In this document: piece after piece, positions 41,748-55,329 of the stretch | How positions within the stretch are numbered: the stretch's first letter is position 1 | Layout of the letters: each line of letters opens with the position of its first letter | Source: the human T2T-CHM13v2.0 reference genome, Homo sapiens | Length of the DNA: 64,000 nucleotides | Assembly (NCBI RefSeq): GCF_009914755.1 | Contig: NC_060930.1 | Strand: one strand, 5' to 3' | Made by a program: the position numbers and the translations under genes | The notes under the pieces: model-generated | Database searches by the model: none | Seen by the model: the letters and a program-made list of their open reading frames with translations, nothing else | Told to the model about the DNA's origin: nothing

Positions 41748-44050
41748 CAGATTGTCATAACTGGAATGCTTAGTTTGCAAAATTGCCAAAAAAGCCTGAA
41801 AAAAATATTAACCACATCAATGAAAAGTCACCAGAATAAAAAAGGAAGTCCCCTTTAATGAAAACCTTACAAAATTATCCCAAATTACACGTGATTTTTA
41901 ATGGACTACAGCCACTCTTGTGTATTTCTATTTTATTTCTTACACAAGCAGAAAATATATTTATGCAAAGGGTAGTTAGCATTTCCAACCACTAACACAT
42001 GGCCTGTAAAAAAATAACAACCTCATTCTTCTGTTGTGCAATAGCCCTCTGTTGAGCAGCAATAATGTACAATGTGTTAGTTTCCTGTTACTTTACTAGA
42101 GCCTTCCCTTTCACTCACTGCCCAGACTAGTTATTCCTTGGACATAAAGTTATAATACCGAGTTTCAATCTACTTCCAAAAATGTTTAGGCCTGTCTTAA
42201 GAAATAATCATATCAGTTTGCTAATAAGCAGAAATGCACTGCCAGTTGAGGATGTTGTCACAAGTGGCTAAAAAACATATAAATCAATCTGTGACCAAGG
42301 AAGAAACAATACATTTCTTATGTGTCCAAAACATTATGGTTGGGATCACAGCTGTAAGATGTTGGACCGTCATCAAGAGAACAATGTCAAACACTGAACT
42401 TCTGGATGATTTCCATAAAAATAACATTTTGCTTGGGGTCAGTAGTTTTTATGGAACTTTGGAATGGTTTTTGCTGACAATTTTTTCGAGTTGAACTCAA
42501 ACACCTCCAAAATGCTCCTCAATATGGAAATATTATGTAATCCAACCTTTGCAGCCATCTCCTTGTGAAAACTAAGCACATAGCATGAAAACTAGTATTT
42601 TTCTCTGTTTGTACAGTTTTATAAAATTTAAATTATGCTACATATTCAGAAAGGGAAACTTACTCTTCAGTTTTCCCTGTTTGGTTATTATATTCAAGTC
42701 AGCACATCAAATGTGTACTCATTAAATCCAGCATGGAAAGAAGGCCCTGATCCCTTCTGTAGAAATCTTATCAACCCAGCAAAATTCTTTTAAGTGAAAA
42801 GAATAATGGAATCGAGTAATCAGAATATAAGTAGTTCAGTTTAGGCATAATAGTTGCCTCTAATGTTGTTTGTTCCTCTCTGTATGTCCAAAACAATTTG
42901 CTTCACCCTTGAATGAATTCTGATTTTTGTCAATTGTCCCTTTAGATTCCAGAATTTGAAGGTATGTTGTGCTGAGCCCAACAAGGAAAGCTTTCAAAAA
43001 GTAACTGGAAGGTTTTATAAATACAGTCTCATGACAAAGCTAGATGTGGCATAAAATCATTAATCCAAGGAGACCGTATTGGCGTAGTATACCTATGCAA
43101 TATTAATAATACCACTCCCTAGGATTCTGTAACCAGAGCCCAAGAAAAGGAAAGCCAAACCACTGAATTCAATATTTGCAGCCTACTTCAGGACATGAAA
43201 ATATTTTGGTTCTCTCATGCAGACAATTTCTCCAAAATATTTTTGTCAAAAGTTACTTATTTTAGACAGTCTAATTTCAAATTTTAAATGACCCAGTATG
43301 TGGGATACACATTCAGAATTTGTCATACCTCAGGAAACAGTTGGTTCCTAGTTTTTGTTTACTGTAATATTGATTTGAATCTAGGTAATTTCTCATTGGG
43401 ATATATGTGTTCATGGATGTTACTAAAACCATGCCTTCAGACTACACTGTAGACTACATATATAAAAGGTGTACATGATAATAAAACATCTAGTTAATTC
43501 ACTGTTTAGAAATAAATAAAAATAATCATCCAATTTGGTGCCAGGTTTATCTACTTCGATCAAATTATTCTCTTCTTCTAAAACTCCCAGCATTTCTCCA
43601 ATGCCGACAGAATAAAATTCAGTTCTTCAAGTGGCTCCCTGTTGGCTACAATAATACCTTTTCACATCCAAACCTTTAAAGTCATGTTGATTCCACTTTT
43701 AAAAATGTCTCCTCTCATAATGTGAGTCTGAGTTAAATCTATGCTTCAAACCCAGCTCCAGGTCGGGGGCCTGCATGAAATCCAGTATACATGTGATAAA
43801 TATCTACTCATTTGCTGGATAGAGACTCAACCTGCCCTGGTAGCTTGTACCAGAGGGTTATTGATCAGTTATAGTCATCACCACCCTGCATGTAGAGAAA
43901 TTATAATCAAAATTAATTTCAACATACAAATATTTATGTTAAAATACAATTATCTTGTTATTCATCCTTATTATTTCTGCATTTGTTATGCAAATCAGTT
44001 CTTTTCTCTTAGATAGCAGGCAAATATCTTGACAAATTATAACTATGTAA

Positions 44051-44425
<375 letters not shown>

Positions 44426-44766
44426 TAATAAATGTTTTCAACAGCAAGAAATCTATCTAAAACTTTCCATGAAACATGCATAAATAACTATCATGTAAAA
44501 TAAGTTCCAAACTTAGAAGAACAGAACTATTTGGATTTCAAACAGTCATATGTTAGTTGCCTTATTATATCATATACGTGTTTCACATTTACATTGTTTG
44601 GAATATACCACAGACTTAATAATAGTTGAATGATTGAAATAGTAGATATTTAGTATCTATCATTATGATATATAATCTAAGAGAAATTTAAGTCATTTTT
44701 TAAAATGTAATTAAAAAATAGAACATAATTGAATGTAATTTTTAAAAGAGTATCCTTTCATTTCAG

Positions 44767-44951
44767 GAAAAAAAGGAAGGGAGAGGAAAAGAAAAAAACC
44801 TAATAAAGGAGAAAGTAAAGAAGCAATACCTGACAGCAAAAGTCTGGAATCCAGCAAAGAAATCCCAGAGCAACGAGAAAACAAACAGCAGCAGAAGAAG
44901 CGAAAAGTCCAAGATAAACAGAAATCGGTATCAGTCAGCACTGTACACTAG
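44767..44951 (+). CDS. RSPO3: R-spondin 3 terminal coding exon, encoding the basic C-terminal region
   Basis: Acceptor tttcAG (44765-44766). Joins in frame to the TSP1 exon (G|GA). Encodes GKKGRERKRKKPNKGESKEAIPDSKSLESSKEIPEQRENKQQQKKRKVQDKQKSVSVSTVH, with TAG at 44949-44951. Matches the recalled RSPO3 C-terminus. Confidence 0.98.
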
Positions 44952-45954
44952 AGGGTTCCATGAGATTATTGTAGACTCATGATGCTGCTATCTCAACCAG
45001 ATGCCCAGGACAGGTGCTCTAGCCATTAGGACCACAAATGGACATGTCAGTTATTGCTCTGTCTAAACAACATTCCCAGTAGTTGCTATATTCTTCATAC
45101 AAGCATAGTTAACAACAAAGAGCCAAAAGATCAAAGAAGGGATACTTTCAGATGGTTGTCTTGTGTGCTTCTCTGCATTTTTAAAAGACAAGACATTCTT
45201 GTACATATTATCAATAGGCTATAAGATGTAACAACGAAATGATGACATCTGGAGAAGAAACATCTTTTCCTTATAAAAATGTGTTTTCAAGCTGTTGTTT
45301 TAAGAAGCAAAAGATAGTTCTGCAAATTCAAAGATACAGTATCCCTTCAAAACAAATAGGAGTTCAGGGAAGAGAAACATCCTTCAAAGGACAGTGTTGT
45401 TTTGACCGGGAGATCTAGAGAGTGCTCAGAATTAGGGCCTGGCATTTGGAATCACAGGATTTATCATCACAGAAACAACTGTTTTAAGATTAGTTCCATC
45501 ACTCTCATCCTGTATTTTTATAAGAAACACAAGAGTGCATACCAGAATTGAATATACCATATGGGATTGGAGAAAGACAAATGTGGAAGAAATCATAGAG
45601 CTGGAGACTACTTTTGTGCTTTACAAAACTGTGAAGGATTGTGGTCACCTGGAACAGGTCTCCAATCTATGTTAGCACTATGTGGCTCAGCCTCTGTTAC
45701 CCCTTGGATTATATATCAACCTGTAAACATGTGCCTGTAACTTACTTCCAAAAACAAAATCATACTTATTAGAAGAAAATTCTGATTTTATAGAAAAAAA
45801 ATAGAGCAAGGAGAATATAACATGTTTGCAAAGTCATGTGTTTTCTTTCTCAATGAGGGAAAAACAATTTTATTACCTGCTTAATGGTCCACCTGGAACT
45901 AAAAGGGATACTATTTTCTAACAAGGTATATCTAGTAGGGGAGAAAGCCACCAC

Positions 45955-46015
45955 AATAAATATATTTGTTAATAGTTTTTCAAGTTTTGTTCACTCTGTT
46001 TTATTGTTTGTTTTA
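45955..46015 (+). terminator. Proximal polyadenylation signal with U/GU-rich downstream element
   Basis: AATAAA at 45955-45960, followed by tttttcaagttttgttcactctgttttattgtttgtttt. Confidence 0.8.
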
Positions 46016-46369
46016 TTGAGAAATTCTTACTCTTAGAGACTCATGAATTAAGAAAGAGAATTCTGCTAACTCAGAGAACCTGGTTCCTATGTAATTCAGA
46101 ATATATTACATTTCTCAGTAATATTTGTTTTTTGAATCCACCTTTATCTGAGCCAATGGAGATTTACTTATAGCGTATTAGGAGATATTTATTCCATTTT
46201 CTTATTTTAATCAACATTCTAATTATAGACACATGGGCCTCCCTAGCTGATTTCACTGCTCCCCCTTCATTGCTTAGAAATGGGCATCATTTCTTGTATG
46301 TCAGATCCCCCTGCATCTTCAACATTTAGTCTTTTCTTCTCCATATTTTCTATCTGTGGATCTCTTTAG

Positions 46370-46453
46370 GGGATTGAAGTCACCCTAGCTGAAGGCCTCA
46401 CCAGTGTTTCACAGAGGACACAGCCCACCCCTTGCAGGAGGAGGTATCTCTGA
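46370..46453 (+). CDS. RSPO3: Alternative RSPO3 last coding segment GIEVTLAEGLTSVSQRTQPTPCRRRYL*, reached by splicing from an internal donor at 44928
   Basis: AG-free pyrimidine tract 46331-46367 ending tttAG (46368-46369). Phase-0 join to TCG|GTATCA (44927/44928). Open for 27 codons to TGA at 46451-46453. The peptide matches my recollection of an annotated longer (292-aa) RSPO3 isoform. Confidence 0.8.
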   Translation, partial: GIEVTLAEGLTSVSQRTQPTPCRRRYL

Positions 46454-47599
46454 GTGTGCAGCACAGAATCGCATGACCCACCTTAACCTTCCTGTTGTCA
46501 TGGAAGGATGCACGGCTGCTCTGTCCACTGTGATTCCTAGCCCTCTCAAGATCACTGCTTTCTGAAGAATTTGCAATGACTCTGGCTTCTGGCTGCTTAT
46601 CTCTGGACACCCGTTCTCCACCAGTTGTACAGTTCATGTAATCTACTTGGCTTAATTGATTTTCCACTTCTCTCTTCCTCTTCTAAGATATAAACATTTT
46701 AAATGATTTATTCCTGTTTCTTATTCTGGTGTTTCTTTCCTTGTCCCTATGAGATAAGTGTCTCAACTCACTAAATCTATTCCCAATGTATAAAATAATT
46801 CTAATTCCATTTTCAGCTAAAACATATATTACCAAGAAGAAACAAACTTTATCCTACAGAATGATGTTAGGTAGAAATATGTCCCCAGGTTTGAGACCTT
46901 TCGGATGATTTCATATACCATCTTTCTTCTGAGTGTTACCCAGTCAAGTATAAGTAGCCAAATTATTTTTGCACATCTTTCTGTTTCTCATGTCTTCATT
47001 TATTCAACAAGCACTTACTGGGAAGGTCTACAACTGCATAGGCAATGCTGGAAAAAGGGTTAAGTAAACCAGGACATGACAATGGTGGCAAATGACTATC
47101 AGGTCTTCCCATGTGTTTGACTCAAACTTATTACCCTATGGTCCTTCTGACAATGGCAGAAGGTCTGAATCCTTGATGCTAAACTTATATAAAAGTAGAA
47201 TTATTACAAAGGAAAAAGAAATAAAAACTAACATTCATTTTCATATGTTGGATGAAATATAAATGAAGAAAAAGATAACATCAATTTTAACTGTAATTCT
47301 CCATCCACCAGTAACAGATCCTTAAGACAATAGAATCATACAGTATTCAAACCAGCAGCCTTCTCAAATTTGAGCAAAAACTCTATCAACCTCTGGTAAA
47401 GTTCCTACACTAGTCACAGAAGGTGTTAACTTTCTACTCTGATTCTGTCTCCATAATGGGGTAAACTGTTGATAGTTTACCCCATCAACAGATGGTCGGT
47501 AAATTATTGATTCGAAGAATCGAGAGAGTGCAGCAACATAAATCTGTTAATGTCTGATCAAGCTCCTGCCCTGTTCTCCGAATTCAGCTTCATAATTAA

Positions 47600-48230
47600 G
47601 GGAAGGCCTGTTTTCTATCCTCAGATTTAGGTTCTAGTAGCAGTTGTGTAACCACTAGTGAGTCACTTAACTCCTCTGGGTCCCCATTTCTCATGTGCAA
47701 CAAGAAAGAGGGGAACTGGAGATGATCACTCTAGTTCCAGACAAGGGAACATTTCACACTTTGTTTACTTCAGGGTGATGTCCCTGAGTCCTCATTAGTG
47801 ACTGCGTCCTTTGGAAGTTATCCCAACCCTGCTTTTCTCAAAAGTGAAAATGTATAGGCTCTCAGAGGAGACAGATTTAACTCTGCTTCTCTAATGTTAT
47901 TGAATTAAAAGCTGTTCACATTAGTGGTTATTAAATATTGAAATAACACTGGGAAGAAAAAGCATATATAAATACAGCTAAAAACAAGAATAGATATTCA
48001 TTCTCACAAAGGGAGACAGCAAAGAAAATGGAAAGTGCACTGGTGCTAGCGTTAGACAGCTTGTGTTAATGTCTCAATTCTGCTACTAACTGGTTGCAGC
48101 TTGTGTGACCTTGGGCACATTGTATGATCTCGCAGAATATCATCCCAAATCTGCAAAATGGAATTGGCATCATCTCTTTTGCAAGATTGTTATGAGAATT
48201 AAAAGGTTCTTCATTCAATATAATAATAAA
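47600..48230 (+). mobile_element. MIR fragments within the distal 3' UTR (~47600-47740 and ~48040-48230)
   Basis: agtcacttaactcctctgggtccccatttctcat; tgtgtgaccttgggca...atctgcaaaatggaa...gattgttatgagaattaaa. Confidence 0.65.
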
Positions 48231-48440
48231 TATTTTGTATATAAATGAATATCAATTAAAAGTTATGACTAATTCCACAAGTCAAACATATAAATTTTAT
48301 TTCTTGATTCATGATATGTGATAGTATTCATAAAAATGTACATGCATGATAATTTCAAGGAATAAGTATATATGTGAGAATCATGGAAATGAAATTAATA
48401 ATATTAACTAGTAATTAAATTGTAATTTTGTCTTGAGTCT
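48225..48440 (+). terminator. Distal polyadenylation signal cluster
   Basis: AATAAA at 48225-48230, ATTAAA near 48255 and at 48414-48419, followed by a T/GT-rich stretch (ttttgtcttgagtcttc). Confidence 0.55.
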
Positions 48441-48849
48441 TCTTAAAATTAGGAAACTACTTAAAGTACATTTTTTATAAATGGGCATAAATACAGACAG
48501 TATATATTTTCCATGGATATATTTTCATAGCAGAGGAACCAACTAGATTCTTTCTCAATACAACTGCAACTATTTCTGGTCAAATTATGGGGAAAAGGCC
48601 TGTTTTGTGGTTGATCTGTTACAAACAGGGTGTAACTTCTTGTAACGCAAAGATAATTTGTCTGGAATTCATCCACCACTGAAAAAATAAAATTAAACAA
48701 GGATCATGATCAAATCAATTGAAATTTTTCCAAATTTAAGCAATAACATTTCATCTTACTAACATAGTAGATTATTGTAACTTTATTTCAAATGTTCTTA
48801 GAAAAAGAAAAGCAAAACAAAACAAATGGCTGTACCTCCTTTATGCTAG

Positions 48850-49040
48850 CCACTTAACCCTTTGACTATACTATATTATGTAATTATCCCAAAAGCCCTG
48901 TGAGTCATTGATGTCCTTGTTTTACGAAAGAGGAAACTGAGGCACAGAGAAGTGTCTAAAGTCATACAACTAGCAACATGTGAGTTTGGAAGTGACACCC
49001 AGCTCTGGCTGACTCCAAAGCCCACTTTCCTTCTCCTTCA
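48850..49040 (-). mobile_element. MIR SINE
   Basis: gaggaaactgaggcacagagaag core. Confidence 0.8.
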
Positions 49041-51210
49041 TCATAACTTCTAAAGTCATATTTATTATTAGTTCCAAGATTGCCCATGACATATAATAGT
49101 GAGGTATTTCTTCATGATCTAAAACTATTATCCCCCATTAAGAAGCCTGAGACGTCAAGTTCTAGAGGCCTCAACCCAGGATAAGACTTAACTCTGAATC
49201 TGAACTCGAAATGTGACTGTGTGTGTGTGTGTGGCGCGGCGGGGTAGGGTGAGGCGGTGAGACACAGAGCTGCAGGAAGCCTATGGGCTGGCTGGATGTG
49301 GGGTTTGTGGGGAACAGTGGATTGGGGGAGGCAAGTGCATTGGTAGGCAAGAGGAATAAAAAGGAGAAATGGGAAATACGTGCTATCAGTAAAGGACCAA
49401 AGTTCAGAAAGAGAACAGTAAGTCTGGCTCCTTGGGAAGCCCTCGATTGTTATAGCCCTTTATGTCTGTGGATTAGCCCTCAATTCAGTTCTTTTCTGGT
49501 ATAAGCAGGGTATTTGCCAGCATGATCATCTTTCCCCTGAGTCCTTGTTCAGAATTGCAATGATCCAGGAAGAAACATCAACAGATTTTCTTCACTGTTG
49601 GAACTACCAAAACAACTTTCTTCAGAGGATACTTCATTTTCTTCCAGCTACTTTCAGACATTCAATATCAGGATTTTAATTGTCACACACCTTTTCTTGC
49701 CCATACTGGCTCTCAAGTAATTTTGAGGCTAACATATCCATCACATACACAGGTACAAAAAATGAAGGAAGAAAGAAAGAAAGGGAGGAAGAAACATAGG
49801 AGAGACGGAGGGAGGGGGGAAGCAAGAAAGCAAAATAGCAATCATTTTTATTCATAGTCCTTAAAATACAGTGGTAACACAACTCCAACAAGTGGAAATA
49901 TTTCATTAATTGGAAAATTGGCTACATAATAATTTCAAAAGACATAATTACATGACCACAAAATAATCTGACATATAAACAGTTTGCAAACTGTTACAGT
50001 TACTTCTATATCTATAGCTGTGTGCAGTGAAAATTGTTGTTCAATATGATGTGGAGGCAATCCAACATACTGAATCACCTACAAAGGATTAAGTTTTATT
50101 TTAAAAAAGAAAACTGGCAGATACATATAAGAAAAGTTTTTAAACAAGGTTAAATAATAACTTTACCAAAGTGTTCTGCCTAACAGGTTTAATGGAAGTA
50201 TTCACTTTTGTACTATTAGCATCAGTTACTATTTTAGCTGCTCCGAATTTCTATCACAAATGAATTTCAAGCAAGATCTAGATTTTCTTCAACAAATTTA
50301 ACAACTTCTTAAACATTTTAAAGAGGAGTCTACCTTTATAAATAAAACAATCAAATGTATTTTAAGTGCTTGGAAATTATAAAGCACAATAAATATATAA
50401 GCTATTACTGTTGCTAGCCAGTCCCTAGCTACAGCAACAGTTTGACATTCCTTTCCCCATTGCTCACACTGCCGCCCACACTGGAGATTTCAGTCTAAGA
50501 ATTACCTATATTCTTCCCCAAAAGGAGTCAATAGAAGTACGTGATGAGACCACATATTTGAGAATGCAACAATGTAGCCCTTCCTTACTAGAAGGGAGTA
50601 AGGATATACTTCACTTCCTTCTAGTATATCTGCATTGTTTTTTTTCTGTAGCTGCTGGCAATGGAGCTATATCAAACATGGAACTAGAGGTGCAACTTTA
50701 CTTTGTACATTGTGTGATACCCAAATACAATAAAATAAACTACCACTAAATGTGGAATCTTGAACTGGAGACATTTCTGAGTCAGTTAACGCTACCACAT
50801 ACGGTCTCCCCAGAACACGCACATTCCAGGTTGGTCCCAATCTCCCAAGAGGTAGAAAATTTGGTGACAACTCCGTCAACTATCTGGCTATGATGATCTC
50901 AAGATTTGAAAAAAAGTAAAAAGAATTCTGATCCCAAAAAGAAAGGAACCCTTATTTTCATCCTTATAACTACTCAGTGACATGTACTGCCCCTCCACCA
51001 GAATGACATGCCAAAAACGAGTGCCATGCCCTGGGGCACTGTGCTGTCCCTGGCAGCAGTCCGTCCATCCTTTTGACTTCCTTCCCTACTTCTGTTCTAC
51101 ACTTTGCTTATTTATGGTTTTTGATTGACTAGTTTGGGAAGGAAAAAAAACCCTACCTAATGATTTAAAAATTAACCTAGGAATAAACTGGAGAAGACAT
51201 AATTTAATAA

Positions 51211-51551
<341 letters not shown>

Positions 51552-54500
51552 CCATTTATACTTCTTAAAAGAAGTTTAATAAAAATAAACTAGAAAACAA
51601 AAATAGAAACACTTTGTGTTTCACATACAAGGGATTTTCCTCATGTGGCAACTATTTGGAAGAAGGTCCTATTTATCACTAAGTTCACCCTTACTGATCT
51701 TTTTCCCATAGTAAAAAAAAAATGATTATGACTCACTTTATGAACACACCAAATGCTACAGGAAAATAGATTTTAGTTTTATCCAAACCAGCAGTGAGAA
51801 TAATTTATGATTCCAAAAAAGACATAGACATGCAGAGTCAATTTAGGAAAGTGAGTCAGTTTCATGCAAATAAGTTCTAGCTTTCTTGATTGCCAGTCTC
51901 CTTTTAATGTTGGAATTTTAGGGGGGGAAATGAATTATTGTGGTAAACCAACAATTCCACTTGTTAACTATGGAATATTTAAAGGATAGCTTAATATGTA
52001 CATGTGAAAGGGTCAAGAGAATAGAGTTTTATTTGAATATCCAGATGATCCAATTAAATCCAAAATGGTATTATTTCTAGAACAGAAGAGACCATTAGAA
52101 TGTGCTGTTCTAGTATCTCTAGAATTCTCAAATTTATTATGAGAATTATCCTTTCCACAATTGTCAAAATAGATTGTTTGGCCATAAACATCCTTGCAAG
52201 CCTAAGCAATTTGAAATTCAGGGCCTATATCAGTTTCCTTGCCTCCACCCCTTTCACCCCCAAAAGAAACCAGTCAATTAGATAATGGATAAATTAACAC
52301 TATATTGACAAGCAAAGAATAATTAGAAATTAATAAGCATAAAGAGAAATGACTGTGTAAAAAAATCACTTGTTTCAGGTTTAATGTAGTCACTTTGGGA
52401 CAGGAATATAAAACATGAAACATGAAAATAGTCAGCAGATGCCCTTTCCATCCATTAATAAAGTATCTTTTAAATAAATAATCAATCAACCTATAGATTC
52501 TGCCATTAGGAAATTAGCAACAGTGCTTTGCTGTACCAGTAGAGCTATCAGATTAGACAATCTTCATATGTATAGGTGACATAACATTCTCCTAAAATTT
52601 TCTATCAGGTTTCTAGATGGAGGTTAAAAGCCTTGTATGATTTTGTAATAATTGATATACCAAGCCTGGCATCCACAATAAATATTGATGTTTTCCATTC
52701 TGTAAAAATGATATAAAACATATTAGTGCTTTTATAGTTATGCAACTTTGTATGTTTTGATACCAAAAAAGATCCAGAAAATGTGAAAATACAGATAGTT
52801 ATCTAAGTATAGCTTCACCGAGATTGGGTGATTTAATTATCAATTTGAAGGAAAACTCTTTTATCTGTAACAATGATCATAACTGAACTACTGAACTGGC
52901 CAGCAAAATTAATGTCTTGATCTGCCACTCAAGCAGTATTTAGTCATTATTTTCAAATGACTAAAATTAAATAAAATAAACTATACCTTTGAGAATCATT
53001 TTAACTGAAGTAGCCAGTTATAAGGGCTAGCCACAGGCAGTGTTTACAAAATGTCTCTTTAAGAGGTGTAAGATTATTTCAGATCCACAAAGAAAAAGCA
53101 GCAGATGGTCCTGCTTTTCCCTTGTATCACTTGAAACATACAAGACTTAAATATTAAGTTAAAAGTGTATTGAGAATACTTCAGAAAACAAATCTATGCC
53201 CAAATCACTCCTTAAAGCATGGAAAGAAAAATAATGCTAAAGTGGAGGAAAATAATTAAAAGTGGAATTCCCTATATATTCTAATTTGCAAGATGAAGCT
53301 TCACTCTTCCTGCAAAATACTACATTATGGGTATGAAGACGCCACACCAGTCCTAACCAAAACATGTCTCAGCCCTTCTCCAGCCTTCACCAAATATCAC
53401 ATTGCCAGCTTCTCTTTTGTCATGTCCTTGCACTTCCACAAATTGGATTTCCCATCAGAGTGTTAGTACACTCTGATGAACTCAACAAAGCAGAAGTAAG
53501 AAAAAACAACTTTAAAAATGTTGTTTTTATATTACAAAGCAATGTTTCAAATAAATGTTATTCAATATTACTGAAATGGCATTGAAATAGTCATAATGAG
53601 AAAAGTGAGAACTTGGTTGAACTTTCTTATACTGGTTTTACAATTTAATTCTGTGTTAGTTTGCAATACATTAAAAAAAGGAACGACAGAATCTTTCAAA
53701 ATCCTTGGTCCAGTCCTACTGCACAAACACAAGCACCTACTGCCTCCCTTCTCTCCCGTTAGTCAATCCTAAGCCTTGCCTGAGAAATATCAGTGATTCT
53801 GTCAAATACTACAGACTGCTCTCTATCCTGAGTGCCTTGAGAAGGTCTCCAGCTATTCCAGTGTCACCTTTGACAGGAGGCAAAGGTGGTAAGCAAAGGT
53901 GTCAAGGCCCTGTCATCCATTCTGCCTTGTGTTTCTTTCATTTCCTGTACAGGGTAACTGCTCAGAAAAACTCAACTATTTCTCACAGGACAAATCATAT
54001 AAAACCTTACAGGATTAAAAAAAGAGAGAGAGAAGCGCTTGTAATGAAAAGAAACGAAAGAAATAATAAGAGAACACACAAGAGGAAACCAGTCACACCC
54101 ATTCTCTCTAGTGCTATGTAGCTTAACCCACACCCAAAGTAAACTGCCTTCACTTCAAGAAGCTGTCTCTCTGTAAATAAACTGACCAATGTATCTTTAA
54201 GACATAAACATCTTGGACTGCCATAATAAACATTGCAAAATAAATACAAAATAACATCTGGAGGCAAAGCTTTGCTAGGAGTGGGGTGAGAGGGAGTGCT
54301 AGCTTTTCTTAGCACCATTAATAAAGTATTAATTTCATTTTCTTTTAGTTTGGAAAATGCTTTCCATTATTAACCAAAAACAAATCAAAGACTTACTGAT
54401 TTTACTTTAAAATCCAAAGAATGGAATACTGTCTGTCCATAATGGCTTTTTGCAAGTTGGGCTTATCTTCTTAGTTATATTTTAATTCCCTTGTTTTCTA

Positions 54501-55023
54501 CTGTTTGAAACTAGCACTCAGTCACCAAGCAGTTAATTTAGATATGAAAATGGTTTATATTTAGGTCTAATTATTACTGTCCTGTTACATAAAAATCTTC
54601 TTTCTGTCTTGGGAAACCAATTTCTCCAATATAATGTACCAGAAAAACACAATACTTCCATTGTAAGAGTATATTATAATGATTATGACATTCAACCATT
54701 GTTTCTCATTGCAATGGCAGAGACCATGTTTCATGCACTTCCTATCAGCATCCGACTTATGTGTAGTTATCCCATTCAATTAACATTTATCATCGGCAAA
54801 CAGCAACTGGTCCAGCTCTCTACCTGTACAAAATAATTACATCAAATGCTTGAGTTGCTCCTAGTAAATTTTACTATAATATTATTATGTAGATAATTGC
54901 CCTAGGAATTACTTCTCTTATTTTGTGTAATGCTCTGGTAAGATTTTTTGTAGGTGACATAGAAAGCATTGTATTCCAATGCCAAGAAAAAAAAAAAACT
55001 CATTAGAAATATATGTAACTTAC

Positions 55024-55329
<306 letters not shown>

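Larger units (their letters stand above)
44952..48430 (+). other. RSPO3: RSPO3 3' UTR (short form ends ~45980; long form ends ~48250-48440)
   Basis: Follows the stop codon. Mostly unique AT-rich sequence with poly(A) signals at 45955, 48225 and 48414. The distal end is approximate. Confidence 0.75.

Noticed and set aside
44711-44941. 76-aa minus-strand hydrophobic ORF
   Set aside because: Antisense shadow of the A-rich RSPO3 terminal exon.
53705-54318. 138-aa and 103-aa opposing ORFs (also the 136-aa ORF at 12699)
   Set aside because: No recognisable domains, low-complexity or repeat-derived composition, and lengths expected by chance.
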